Shown here in pieces: positions 48,634 through 61,966 of a DNA stretch of 64,000 nucleotides (positions are counted from its first letter, which is position 1; every line of letters begins with the position of its first letter). This stretch comes from Chiloscyllium plagiosum. Lineage: Eukaryota. Below the pieces are notes generated by a model, which saw only the letters and a list, made by a program, of their open reading frames with translations, had not been told where the DNA came from and searched no databases. The position numbers were made by a program, and so were the translations under genes. The stretch spans positions 31,519,479-31,583,478 of the forward strand of contig NC_057718.1 in assembly GCF_004010195.1 (NCBI RefSeq), in the 5' to 3' direction.

Positions 48634-50633
48634 GCCTTCTTAACAACCCTATCAACCTGAGTGGCAACTTTCAGGGATTTATGCACCTGGACAAAGAGAC
48701 AAAGAGATCTCTCTGTCATCCAAACTGCCATTAGCCCAGTACTCTGCGTTCCTGTTACTTCTTCTGAAGTGAACTACCCCACACTTTCCCACATTAAATT
48801 CCATTTGCCACTTCTCCGTTTAGCTCTGTATCTTTTTTAAGTCCCTCTGTAACCCAAAACAGTTACAGTATCCACAACTCTGCCTACCTTTGTGTCATCT
48901 GCAAATTTACTAACCCATCCTTCTAGCCCCACATCCAGATAATCTTTAAAAATGACAAACAGCAGTGGCCCCAAAACAGATCCTTGCGGCACACCACTGG
49001 TAACTGAGCTCCAGGATGAACAATTCCCATTAACCAGCACCCTCTGTCTTCTTTCAGCTAACCAATTTCTGATCGAATTCTCTAAATCACCTCCAATCCC
49101 AACACTCCATATTTTGTGCAGTAGCCTACTGTGTGGAACCTTATCAAATGCCTTACTAAAGTCCACATACAACACATCAACTGCTTTACCTTCATCCACC
49201 TGTTTTGTCGCCTTCTCAAAGAACTCAATAAAGTTAGTTAGGCACGACCTACCCTTCACAAAACCATGTTGACTATCTCTAATCAAATTATTCCTTTCCA
49301 AATGATTATAACTCCTATCTCTTATAACCTTTTCCAACGCCTTACCCACAACTGAAGTAAGGCTCACTGGCCTATAATTACAAGGGTTGTCTCCACTCTC
49401 CTTCTCAAACAAGGGAACAACATTTGCTATCCTCCAGTCTTCTGGCACTACTCCTTTCGACAATGATGTCATAAAGATCAAAGCCAAAGGCTCCGCAATC
49501 TCCTCCCTGGCTTCCCAGAGAATCTGAGGATCAATCCCATCCAGCCCAGGGGTCTTATCTATTTTCAGATCTTCCAAAACTGCTAAAACCTCATTGTTAT
49601 CAACCACAATCCCATTTAATCTAATAGCCTGTATCTCCGTATTCTCACTAACATTGCCCTTTTCCAATGTGAATACTGACAAAAAGTATTCGTGAAGTGC
49701 TTCCCCTATGTCCTCAGATTCTACACACAACTTTCCACAACTATCTTTGATTGCCCCTAATCTTACTCTAGTCATACGTTTATTCCTGATATACCTATAG
49801 AAGGCCTTAGAGTTTTCCTTGGTCCTATCCACCAACAACTTTTCATGTCTCCTCCTGGCTCTCCTTAGCCCTCTCTTTAGGTAATTTCTGGCCAACTTAT
49901 AACTCTCAAACCGCCTAACTGAGCCTTCATGCCTCATCCTCACGTAAGCCTTCTTCTTCTTCGACAAGAGTTTCAACTTCTTCAGTAAACCATGGGTCCC
50001 TTTCTCAACAACTACCACCCTGCCTGATAGGTATATACTTATCAAGGACTCGCAGTATCTTAATATCAGGAGATTTGATAATGGAAGCATTACAAATTTC
50101 TTATTCGAGGAAATCATACATAGAAAAACTGAAGCAAACCATTTTCAAAAAATAACTGCAGATTTAAACTTTCACTAATTCAATTGTGCAGTGTTTGTTC
50201 AGAGTTACTCTAAATGAATTACAAACAGTGAATCGAATTACGAACAGTCATAAATCGAAAGGTGGCAATAATCCCTAACTCGCAGAAATAATACCTGTGC
50301 CTTCAGCAATTGATTGTCTTGTTAGCTAATTGTGAAATTTAGTTTATCTTTCTCTCCTTTGGTGGAAGTTGTCAAGTGTTGGTAACAATGATTCTTTTAG
50401 CTACAGCAACATCTGTAGTTATTTTCATGCATCGCAATAAGTACTTGTATTTGTATCATACTTGCAAAGTAACAAAACACTGTGAGGGTCTTACAATACA
50501 GTCTGGGAGCAGGAGTAATGCAGGGGACTGGCTGTGTGCTTTATGTTAATGATAATGAGGTAGGTATTCAGGAGAATTTCAAAACAGGCAGAAATGGCAA
50601 AATACAAGAATCTTCAAGAAAGAAACTTGACAT

Positions 50634-51733
50634 GATTGAGCTTTTTGAAGAAGTAACAAAGAGGATTGATGAGGGCAGAGTGGTAGATGTGATCTATATG
50701 AACTTCAGTAAGGCGTTCAACAAGGTTCCCCATGGGAGACTGATTAGCAAGGTTAGATCTCACAGAATACAGGGAGAACTCACCATTTGATACAGAACTA
50801 GCTCAAAAGTAGAAGACAGAGGGTGGTGGTGGAGGGTTGTTTTTCAGACTGGCCCATGTCCAGTGGAGTGCCATAAGGATCGGTGCTGGATCCACTACTT
50901 TTCATCATTTATATAAATGATTTGGATGTGAGCATAAGAGGCATAGTTCGTAAGTTTGCAGATGACACCAAAATTGGAGGTGTTGTAGACACCGAAGAAG
51001 GTTACCTCAGATTACAATGGGATCTTGATCAGATGGGCCAATGGGTTGAGAAGTGGCAGATGGAATTTAATTCAGATAAATGTGAGGTGCTACATTTTGG
51101 GAAAGCAAATCTTAGCAGGACTTATACACTTAATGGTAAGGTCCTCGGGAGTGTTGCTGAACAAAGAGACCTTGGACTGCAGGTTCATAGCTCCTTGAAA
51201 GTGGAATCGCAGGTAGATAGGATAGTGAAAAAGGCATCTGGTATGCTTTCTTTTATTGGTCACAGTATTGAGTACAGGAATTGGGAGGTCATGTTGCGGC
51301 TGTCCAGGACATTGGTTAGGCCACTGTTGGAATATTGCATGCAATTCTGGTCTCCTTCCTATCGGAAAGATGTTGTGAAACCTGAAAGGGTTCAGAAAAG
51401 ATTTACAAGGATGTTGTCAGGGTTGGAGAATTTGAGCTATAGGGAGAGGCTGAACAGGCTAGGGCTGTTTTCCCTGGAGCGTCAGAGGCTGAGGGGTGAC
51501 CATATAGAGGTTTACAAAATCATGAGGGACATGGATAGGATAAATAGACAAAGTCTTTTCCCTGGGGTGGGGGGGGCTCCAAAACAAGAGAGCATAGGTT
51601 TAGGGTGAGAGGGGAAAGGAGGGATGTGGGCAAGGTGCTGGCAGTTGGGACTAGATTAGGTTGGGATATCTTGTAGACATGGACGGGTTGGACCAAAGGG
51701 TTTATTTCCGTGCTGTTCATCTCTCTGACTCTA
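50634..51733 (+). mobile_element. 5'-truncated CR1, same subfamily as 27945-29672
   Basis: FSKAFNKVPH, FADDTKIGG, LEYCMQFWSP; internal deletion near 51620. Confidence 0.93.
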
Positions 51734-51977
51734 GAATGAAGTTGGAACTTGAGTTCATGAGAAATCTGAGTAAACTTTGGAAGAATGAAGTATTCTGGCC
51801 AAAAGGTCCAATGTGACATCCTGTTACTTTAAAAGCAGTAAACTGAATGCTCCATCCTTGACTATCACCAATCTATCCATCCAGCATGTTGGCTGGGGGT
51901 TAATCTTCTCAATCTCCTTCTTGCTTAGTCCATCTATCACTGGTTCCTTGTTCTGCCAGTAGCTTAACCACCCACTC

Positions 51978-52075
51978 CAGAATGTCCATTCATTCCTGAG
52001 CAAAGTCCTTTCTATTCATGACTTTATTGTGGATGGTTACATCAACAATATGTATTTAACAGAAATCTGGCTCCT
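51978..52075 (+). mobile_element. L2-type APE endonuclease N-terminal remnant
   Basis: QNVHSFLSKVLSIHDFIVDGYINNMYLTEIWL resembles N.RSL..K...LTETWL. Confidence 0.55.
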
Positions 52076-52503
52076 CAGCCTGAACCACTTACTGCTCTGG
52101 AATCATCCTGGATTGTAAAGATAATCTCCAATTGCTTTTCTCCATTATCAGCCATCTCCTTTAAACCTTCAGCCTCTACCAATCATGAGGAGATATTGGC
52201 TTCGTGGTTAGAATGTTCCCCGTTGCATTTTGCTCAACAAGTGAAAGTTTCACAAACCCCTCCTAATTTAGGTTTAAACCCACATTGCCTTCTAGAGTAC
52301 AATTTAATGGATTCTCTTTCGTGAAATTGATGGTGGGGGCTTTAATTGAGTGCGAGGGTGATGGTTGGGATTTTGCCACCTTTCTACCTCTCCTCCAATA
52401 AAATTGTGGTGGGAAGGCTCAAGGAAAAGCAATTGCTGACAATTCAGGCCATTAATAACCAATTGAGTGTCTCAACTCTGGGATTCAACCAGTGGGAGTC
52501 ATG

Positions 52504-53088
52504 CCAGACTACTCAGCTCTCTTGACATCATGGTAGCCCACAAACCCACCAACACACTAAAACAGCAGCTAATGAACTTGAAAGACCCTATATAGACAGT
52601 AAACAAAACTAATGTCATTTACAAAATACATTGCAAGATTTGTAATAAACACTACATTGGACAAACAGGCAGAAAACTAGCCACCAGGATACATGAACAT
52701 CAACTAGTCACAAAAAGACATGATCCACTCTCACTAGTATCCTTACGTACAGATGAGGAAGGACACCACTTCAACTTGGACAACACATCCATCCTAGGGG
52801 AAGCCAAACAGAGACATGCACGAGAATTCCTAGAAGCATGGCATTCTAACCGGAACTCTATCAACAAACACATTAACTTGGATCCCATTTGCCACCCTCT
52901 GAGAAAAAGAACAGGAATGATATCACCACAGGAAATGGCATCACCAACCCAAGGAAACCTAAACATATACATAGAAAGTGGGCCATACCGCTAGTGCTTC
53001 ATCTGGAGGCTCACTGATGATGTTACCTAGTATGGTGACGAAACATCTGAAAATGAACTTTCCAACTCAGCGAACAAACCTAAATCCA
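52504..53088 (+). mobile_element. Penelope-like retroelement (Poseidon/Penelope-type), GIY-YIG and pLTR
   Basis: LKDPI*..NVIYKIHCKICNKHYIGQTGRKLATRIHEHQ..REFLEAWH; 8-bp TSD gagtcatg at 52496-52503 and 53089-53096. Confidence 0.92.
53011..53050 (+). ncRNA. Minimal hammerhead ribozyme motif
   Basis: UCA-CUGAUGA-U-GUUACC-uaguau-GGUGAC-GAAAC-AUC-UGA (3-bp stem I UCA/UGA). Confidence 0.7.
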
Positions 53089-56000
53089 GAGTCATGTAGA
53101 AAGCCCAAATGTCAGTCACTTGTAAAGTTTTGGAAGGAAGGGGAGGGTTCCTTTGTCCTACAGCACCCTGTGCCTGATTGAGGGACCTGGCATCGAGATT
53201 TGGGGGGAGCCGACTGACAACCCTTGCTGCCCCCCCCCCCCTCAATCCCATGACTCTCACTCTGCAGTTTTCCTTCTGCCATCACTCACTCAGAGAATGC
53301 TGGATCCCTTGATGATCATGGGCCTTGAATGTCTGCATTACCAGCAACTGTCACCATCTTTCTGATGGCTTTGTTAAGTATTGTCTAGCTGCTAACCTCA
53401 GAGTGGTCAGCAGCTCTCCGCAAGCAGAATATCTGCCAAGGTCTCCTGAACCGACCTGGTCCTTTGTCCTGTTGCAGCACACTTGTGCCTGATTGTGACA
53501 AGGCTGACCAAAAAGAAGACAAGGCAGGGCTCTTGCTAGCTCTCCAGCAGATGGACAAACCTTTGTTGCCTACATTAAATTGTGCCCCAAATTTCTCTCT
53601 GATTTGTCCCATCACCTGAGCTCATTCAGTTCTACCTCCTGCTCTCTTGACTCTACTTTCATGAAGAGCTGGACCCCAATATCCCTTTCTCATCCCCATG
53701 CTAGATGACATTGTAAATAATGCCCTCACAAGGTAAAATCCATCTCCCTTTCTCAACTGACAACATCTTGCACCCCTTCAGAACAACATCCACAATCTAT
53801 TCATCCTTGTTATTTACCACCTCAATTCTAATTATTCTTTTCCCTCCAAGTCTTATCTATTGTTGGTTGCAAAGTCTAAGCCCACATTTCTCTCAGCCTC
53901 ATTTTTGAATCTTTCCAATCAAGTTAGTGACTTTTTTACAGGGATGGAAACAAAAAAGAGTAATCAGTATGTGAGACCTCTAAGGTATTCTAGTATTTAA
54001 AATGAAGCCTACCTTTAAATCTACAGAAGTTTACTTTTCACACTCCCAGACAGCTAATGTTTTCATCATATAGGAACTCTGTTCCCTGAGGTGTGTAATT
54101 CATCTGGCACAACCAGATATTAAACAATAGGATAGCTGTACTTAAAGGAGATTTGGGAAACACGCCATTGGCATCCCTTCTTGTCAGTATTGGTAATTAC
54201 CTTAACCAATATGGCAGCTGCTACCTGTCACCACACTTTTGACAAGGAACATATGCCACAAAATAAGTAAGACCATGAAGGTTTGGTAGCTAGGTTTGGT
54301 TGTCTATGGGACATGGATGAGTTTCTAGCCCTTTTCCCTATTTTTAATTTTAGTCTAAGAAAGCTTTTCACATTGTACTTTGCATGTAGATGCCTACAAT
54401 CAATTATTCCTGGTGGCATATAGGCCAATATGACTATGAAGCAGCTACCTGATTATTTGGTTTGGTCAAGTGTAAAGGGCCTCTACATTAATGGTGAGCA
54501 TGTTTATATTTAAAGCTGTTTAGTCACCTGCAAATGTAGTCACTGAAGTATTCTCAATTCAAAAGCTAATGTAGTTAGAATGGCACTCATGAGCATTACA
54601 TAATAACACCAGTTATCAGGAAGAACGTTCTACCAAATAATAATGCATTTTATAATCAGGTTTGAGCATTTCACTTTATTGCATCTAGAAATTAATAATA
54701 TATCTGCGTCATCATGGCAAATTTACAGTTTCACTATTGTGCACATTTTGGCCAGTTTATACAATTTGATTGCTATGCATTGATTTGATTATTAACTGTT
54801 TTATTTAAATCAATATAAATACTACAACCATGCAGGATAACTCATGTTGCTCATTGCCGGATGCAGCATTATTATTTTTACAGCAAGCAACACTACTTTA
54901 GCAGTTTTTGATTGGCCATTAGTGAATTAAATGTGAAATGTTTCAGTGTTTTAAAATCCCATATATATCTTAAATAGCTCAACATTTATTTAAAATCTTC
55001 ATTGACTTCTAACCTCATAGATAGATCATACATAACAATAATATATGTTTTGAAAACGCAAACTGCTTGTAATGAATAGAAGTTTGGCGTGATTAGAATG
55101 TACAGAATGATTTGAAACATATTTAAGCCATAAATAAATTAGTAAGGAAAGAAATAGGAAACCAGGGGCGAGATTTACTGACCCAGTCAACAGAAGCATT
55201 GAAGCATAAAAGGAAGCTTGGTCAAACCTAGTTTTACAGATTACTCCAGGTTTTAGAATTACAGTAAAATGATTCCATTTGGAAACACTCCAAGAACTGG
55301 TATAACTGAAGGACATATGAAAAAATGATTTGAATAAATCTTGTGTAGGAGATAAGTGCAATTTGCTGAGATGACAGGCTGCAAGGTGACAAAATTGAAA
55401 ATTGTTTTGTTCTATAATAAACACAACGAGGATGGAAAGTAAAACAATGTTTAGAACCACGGTCTATAGTGTTCCAAGTGATCATTTTATGAAGTCTATG
55501 ACATTTGCATAATGTGGGACAAATATCAATTGCTATGGCGTCTGGCAATAAGGAAATCCCTAATCTCATTGTACGTGAGCAGGATGTGTGGTAGAAGGTG
55601 CATTTGTAATGTTATACTTACAGTTGGCAGTGCTCTGTTTTAAACAATTGCTACTAATAATCACCATCCATGTTTGATCGATAGCAATCTGCTTTAATTG
55701 GATGTTGTTATCAGTAGCAGCTAAATCTGCCTTTCAGCACTTGTTTTTTAAAACTGTGTTTCTTGTGGTTACATTACAGAAGTTCTTTCTTCCCTTATAC
55801 TCACTTAAATATAAAATTATTTTATAATGTTGATTGATCTGATTAAAGAAGGATGTTCAGGATCAACCTTTAAGAAACACCGTAAAATTGAAGCCACTGT
55901 TTAAAACATTTGCTTATTTATTCCTCATTTCATTTTGGCTTTTGTTTTGTTTAAACTGAAAGTTGATGATATCAGGAGTTAATTTTTGTAAATGTTACTG

Positions 56001-57441
56001 TGTTTCAGGTGTATTAATATTAGTGGTTTATGATTATTTAATGTAAAATCAGTGAGAAATTGTGTTAATGCAAATATATTCACTTTTGTATTCAAGCCAA
56101 CTAACCCTATCCTGACCAGTTTTATTTAAAGTCAAATCTTGGTCATCTTTCACACCCACCAGTCCTCTCAATTATATGTAATTTTTTTCTATGGACTGTC
56201 ATGTCATCTCTGATGTTGTTGCATAGCAACTGCCATTTTATGAATGGCAAAATTCTGAGTTCTCATGACCAGTCCTTGGAATTTTGAGAAAAAACATATT
56301 TGACATTTCTATCCAAGGTGGAAACCTATTTTTAAGGGTGAAAAAGGAGGACGGCTTTTCTATGTACGAAGGTTATGTTTTCCTGGACCGCAGTAGAACA
56401 CAGATATTCTTAAATACAGGCAGATCCCAGCACTTACATCTCAAAAACAACCATCTGGATTTTCAAGACCATTGTGGCTTCATAGAAAGGAGATAATGTG
56501 GGGGAATAAGATGCTTTAGTTATTGGGGAAATTTATAGAGACTGGGAATGTCTCTGCTGGAACATAGAACATTAAGAAGCAATTTAATAGAACACTTAAA
56601 AGTATGAGAAGTTAAAATGGCACCAAGATTGGTGATTAGCTAAGACTTGGTTGATTGCTGGATCTGGCTCAATGGGGTGAACAGCTTAGTCCTTTCTTTA
56701 TTTGCTATGTTCCAATGACAAGACGGAAGTGTTTCCTTTATTTAGTGAATCAATAACAAGAGGCATAAATTTAAGAACATCATCAAAACAACAAAGAGAG
56801 AAGTGAAGAGACATACTTTTCTTCAGGGAGTTGTTAGAATGTAGAATGCCTTCCAGATGCAATGGCAAAAGCAGTTCTGTAACCATTTACTGTATAAGAG
56901 AGCAACAAGTAAATAGTTAAAATGGTGCAAAGTGCAAAAAAGAACTAGGTGAACAGCTCTTGAATTGAATTGGCACAAACATGAGGGTTCAAACTGTGTT
57001 GCATGATAAAGCTCCAAGCTTCTACAGATAAGCACAATTTTAAATTCCCTCCCTACCCACCACACCCTCCCCAGCCCCAACAGCACCAACCCCAGAAACA
57101 GTTTTATAAAACCTCCTTTCTTGAAATAATTGGGCCATTGATCACTGAGCACTAATCTCCTTTCCAAACGTGCCCAATGTCCATACTGAAGCCGAGACTG
57201 CCAGAAATGACATGGAATTATGGTCAATCCTGGCTCAGCAATTACTCATTATATACGTGCATGCATGCTCAAACTTTCAACTTGATGCCTTCAAAAAAAA
57301 TCACTGAACTAACTATAATTGAGAATGCCAGCTCTGAGTGAATCATTTATTTATTTACGTACAACGCACATTCAAGGATACTTAGTGACACTTATCCAAA
57401 ATCTAGTATATTTCTTATATAAATACAAATTGTTTACTCAC

Positions 57442-57707
57442 TGTTAATAAAAGGTTTCTCATTTCCCAGTGTTGAAACAGCCTTTATAATGAGCTGATAA
57501 ACACTGCTAATTGATGCCTCTAGAGAAGAGTTGTGTACCTGTGGGTTCCTTTCCTGCTTATTTACTGCGTGTTTTCTTTCCGAGTCAGTTTTGGTCCACA
57601 TGCTGTCTTTGACAGCATCATTACTTGTGGCAGCCTTTTTAATAATGAGCTGTGGAACACCTGCCTCTGCTACACTGCCACTTCTCAGCAATCAACATCT
57701 CTTTGTA
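57442..57707 (-). other. Candidate minus-strand exon, product unidentified
   Basis: Acceptor tgtctctag|, donor ACA|gtgagt; open frame LRSGSVAEAG..MWTKTDSERKH..NEKPFIN runs to the donor but has an in-frame stop near the acceptor. Confidence 0.25.
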
Positions 57708-59394
57708 CTAGAGACATTTACAATTTAATAGCGAGGGTTTGGCAGCTGTCATCACATAACAAGCAACCATTGCAACCACTAATTAGGTCCAATATTATAT
57801 AGATAATAAGAATTTGGGTACATTTGTATATATTCAATTAAATCCCAAAAGATAAAGATCACTTAACTGTGATTGACTTAAAATTTACAATGATGAGCAT
57901 CAACAAATATTAGAGAAGACAAATTAAGTTTCAGGCAATAGAAAACAGATAAGTATCCTCTACCACAGATTTCATGTAAAATGGTCTTTCTTTCTGTGAT
58001 GTGGTCCTTTTTCTCAGTATATTTTGATAGTGACAGGGGTCTAGACTGAACTGTTTGGTAAGTACTGTTGGTCTTTGATTCTCCACATTTTGTTTGTATT
58101 ATGCTCATTACAGAATGCCATTGGTTACAGCCACTGGCAGGTCCAAGATATCCCTTTCATTCCATTCCAGTTAGAACATGATACAGGAATTAATCCACAA
58201 TGGCATCACCAGGTTCCCTGCCCCAGCCTCCTGAGTGTGACAGAGAGCCTACAGCGCAGATTGAGGATACAAGACTTGTCTGAAAAATGCTGATGGTCCT
58301 GCACTGGCTCAGAGCAGGCAATGCTACCACTCTGTACTTCACGTTATTGCTGTTGGGAGTTAAAAATTGCTGCAGTTGAAATCCTACAGCTTTTGTAGCA
58401 CAGAAATATGATGTTTGAACCAAAATCCCACCCACCATGTTGGAGTTTATGCTCGACACACATCTTCTATCCCTCTTCATATAAGTACATCAACATATCC
58501 TTCTATTCCTTTCTCCCTGTTTAACTGGTTATCCTTCACTGTATCAATGTTAGCTACCTCACATACTCCACCCAGGAATGAGTTACATATCCCATCCACT
58601 GTCTGGTAGAAAGGTTATTCTTGTATTTGCTACATTTATTCGTGACTGTCATATTTATAGTATATAATTTTGGTCTCTCTCTCTCAACTGGGATTATCTT
58701 TTCTACATCTTTTTTTTACCAAATCTATGAAAATCTTAAACATCCTTGGCTCATTCAATCTTTCCTGATAGGTACAACCTTTCATTTTTGGCATCTTCTG
58801 AATATTTTTTTTGCACTTTTGTTTACCTTTGTACTTACTACTATATTCTTTTTCCAAAGAAAAAATGCTTGCAGTAGTTCATGCTTTCCATGTTTTCATT
58901 ATTCAGAAACATTTGAATGTAAGGGATGTCCTAATCTAGGTCTTCAAGTTATTGTGTTTAGTTAATGTAGGTAGTGGATAAGGCCTATATGTTTGATTGC
59001 TTCTGATTAGTAAAGGATCTTGGGACAGATGCAATGCATGCCTGAAGAGGCTAATGATTTGTCCATAGCAAGTTTGTCCAGCAGCCTCATTTCCTGTGGG
59101 ACCAGCAGACTGTCAGCAATCCATCATGAAAGGTGGTGTAAACTGAGAGGGGATGAGCAAACCAAACTTTAAGCAACAGAGTTACAGTATCACTGTATCC
59201 ATTCTGCTCTTCGACAGAATAAATTAATTAACCCAAAATCCTACAATGTTTTCATTTCATGTATTTTTGTAATGCTAGTTGAAAATTATAATTGAATCTG
59301 CTTCCACCACTCTTTCAGATGTTGCATTCCAGAGTTCACTGATTCACTGCATAAAGACTTTCCTCATGTTGTCTGATTTTTTTTGCCAAACACC

Positions 59395-60600
59395 CATGCA
59401 ATGAGGCAGAGTCAACATTGTTTTCTGAAAGGAAAGTCATGTTTCAGTAATTTATCATATTTCTTTGAAGAAGTGACAAGGAATTTGAATAAAGAAGAAT
59501 CTGGAGAAGATGATGTACATGGATTTCCAAAGGGATTTTGATAGGTGTCACATCAAAGGTTACTGCATAAAGTAAGTGTTCATGGTGCAGATGGTAACAT
59601 GATATCATTGAAGGAAGGTTGCTTAGCTACCGGGATGTAGAGAGTAGGGATGAAAGGGTTATTTTCAGGGTGGCAAAATTTAATAAATATAGCTCCACAG
59701 GGATCACTGCTGGGGTAATCAATTATACATAAATGACTTGGAAGAAGGGATGAAATGACACATGAAGATGGGTGGGAATATATAAAGAGTCCACAAAGGG
59801 ATTGAGATTGGTTAAGTTAGTGGCCAAAAAAATGGCAGATGGAGTGAAATGCAGATATATGTGAACTTGTCCACTTGTTAGGGAGAATAGAATAGTAGTA
59901 CATTAATTAAATGGAGGAAGATCGGAAAACAATGTGAAACGGAGGGATCTGGCACATAAATCGTCAAATGTTATTGTGCAGATATAGAAAGTGATTAAAA
60001 AGGCAAATATAATGTTGTTGTTTATTGTAAGGGAAATTAAATATAAAAATAAGGAGGTTTAGCTACAATTGTGTAGGGCATTAGTGAGATCATAGCTGCA
60101 GTATTGTGTACAGTTTTGGTATTCTTACTTGAGAAAGCATATAAAAGCATTGCAGAAGATTCTGCAATGAAGGGTTTATCCTCTGAGAAAAGTTCAGACA
60201 GACATAGCATTGAGAAGAATGAGAAGTGATGTTATTGAAATATAGCAGATCTTGAGTGGAATTGATTTGGTGGCGCTGAGAGGATGATTCATCTTATGAA
60301 AGAGGCAAGAACTCGGAATGTAGTTTAAAAACCAGGGATTTCCCAATTATGATTGAGAAAAAGAAATTCCTCAGAAGGCTATTGGTCTGTGGAATTATCA
60401 TCTCCAGAGAACAGTGGAGGTGGGTCACTGAATCTTTTAATGCTGAGTTAGGTAGTTCTTGATTGACAAGGGAGTTAATGGATAAGGTGGCAGGCAAGAA
60501 AGTGGAGTTGACACCACAATCACATTAGCCATGACCTTACCAAATGTAGGAGTAGGCTCAAGGGATTAATCGCCTACTTCTGCTCCTAATTCAGTATGTT
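59395..60600 (+). mobile_element. Decayed CR1 ORF2
   Basis: QSQHCFLKGKSC, MDFQRDFD, PQGSLLG, QYCVQFW remnants; tail cctacttctgctcctaattc. Confidence 0.8.
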
Positions 60601-60669
60601 AACTCTGTGTCTCCTGTTTATGGACATTTCTGGAACCAGAAGCAGTTATTTCTTATTTAATTTATTGGA

Positions 60670-60950
60670 ATTATTCATGATTTTGAACCTTTATGAAATC
60701 TTCTCTTAACTTTCTCAGGTCTAAAAAGAACAGCTTCAGCTTCTCCACATTACAGTAGTCCCTCCTCCCTGGCATCATTCTGGTAAATCTCTTTAGGGTC
60801 TGACATTTTACCAAAAGTGTGGTGTCCAGAGCTGAACACAATGGTTCAGCTGATGCTTCACCAGTGTACTGCACACCTTTATTGATAAAAAAAAATCCAA
60901 AAATCCCAATTGCTTTTTAACAGCTTTCACAACTTGTCCTATCACCTTCA
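60670..60950 (-). mobile_element. CR1 C-terminal fragment
   Basis: KRFTRMMPG..LFFLDLRKLREDFIKV. Confidence 0.7.
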
Positions 60951-61966
60951 GTAGTAACTCCAAAGATGGCAGATAGATGGGTGACAGTGAGGGGGACTGG
61001 GAGGAAGCAGCCAGTGCAGGGACCCCTTGCGGCCGTTCCCCTCAAGAACAAGTATACCGTTTTGGATACTTGTGTGGGGGGACGACTTACCAGGGGTAAG
61101 TAATGGGGCTCAGGCCTCTGGCACGGAGCCTGTCCCCGTTACTCAGAAGGGAAGGGTGGAGAAGAGCAGAGCAATAGTAATTGGGGACTCGATAGTTCGG
61201 GGCACAGATAGGCGGTTTTGTGGGAACGAGAGAGACTCACGTTTAGTATGTTGCCTCCCAGGTGCAAGGGTACGTGACATCTCTGATCGTGTTTTCCGGG
61301 TCCTGGAGGGGGAGGGGGAGCAACCCGAAGTCGTGGTCCACATTGGCACCAACGACATAGGTAGGAGGAGTGCCGAGGAAGTGAGACAGGCTTTCAGGGA
61401 GCTAGGTTGGAAGCTCAGAGTTAGAACGAACAGAGTTGTTGACACTGGTTTGTTACCCGTGCCACGTGATAGAGATTCGAGGAATAGGGAAAGAGAACAC
61501 ATAAATGCGTGGCTACAGGGATGGTGCAGGAGGGAGGGAATCCGGTTTTTGGATAACTGGGGTTCTTTCTGGGGACGGTGGGACCCCTATAAACAGGATG
61601 GTCTACACCTGAACCTGAGGGGCACCAGTATCCTTGGGGGGAGGTTCGCTAGTGCTCTTCGGGGGGGTTTAAACTAACTCTGCAGGGGCATGGGAACCCA
61701 GACTGTAGCTTTAGGGTGCAGGACCTGGAGTGTAGGGAGGTTAGGAACATGGCACCAATTTCCAAGGAGGGTGTCTGTAAACAGGAAAGTGGCTTGAAGT
61801 GTGTATACTTCAATGCAAGAAGTATACGAAATAAGGTAGGTGAACTTGCAGCGTGGGTAGGTACCTGGGACTTCGATGTTGTGGCTATTACGGAGACATG
61901 GCTAGAACAGGGACAGGATTGGCTGTTGCAGGTCCCAGGATTTAAATGTTTTAGTAGGGACAGAGG
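60951..61966 (+). mobile_element. CR1 5' portion: SGNH esterase ORF1 and start of ORF2, 3'-truncated
   Basis: VIGDSIVRG, CLPGA, HIGTND, DGLHL (to 61677); ORF2 CVYFNARSIRNK..VVAITETWL. Confidence 0.93.

Larger units (their letters stand above)
47908..50058 (-). mobile_element. 5'-truncated CR1 LINE with ~400-codon open RT segment (48837-50058)
   Basis: [50 protein letters not shown]; two nested PLE micro-insertions. Confidence 0.95.

Noticed and set aside
48837..50117. 426-aa reverse-transcriptase ORF as a host or novel RT gene
   Set aside because: Ordinary 5'-truncated CR1 ORF2; the first ~20 codons are flanking DNA and the frame breaks after FADD
58075..58480. Opposing ORFs of 72 and 96 aa
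   Set aside because: No recognisable protein and no consistent exon boundaries
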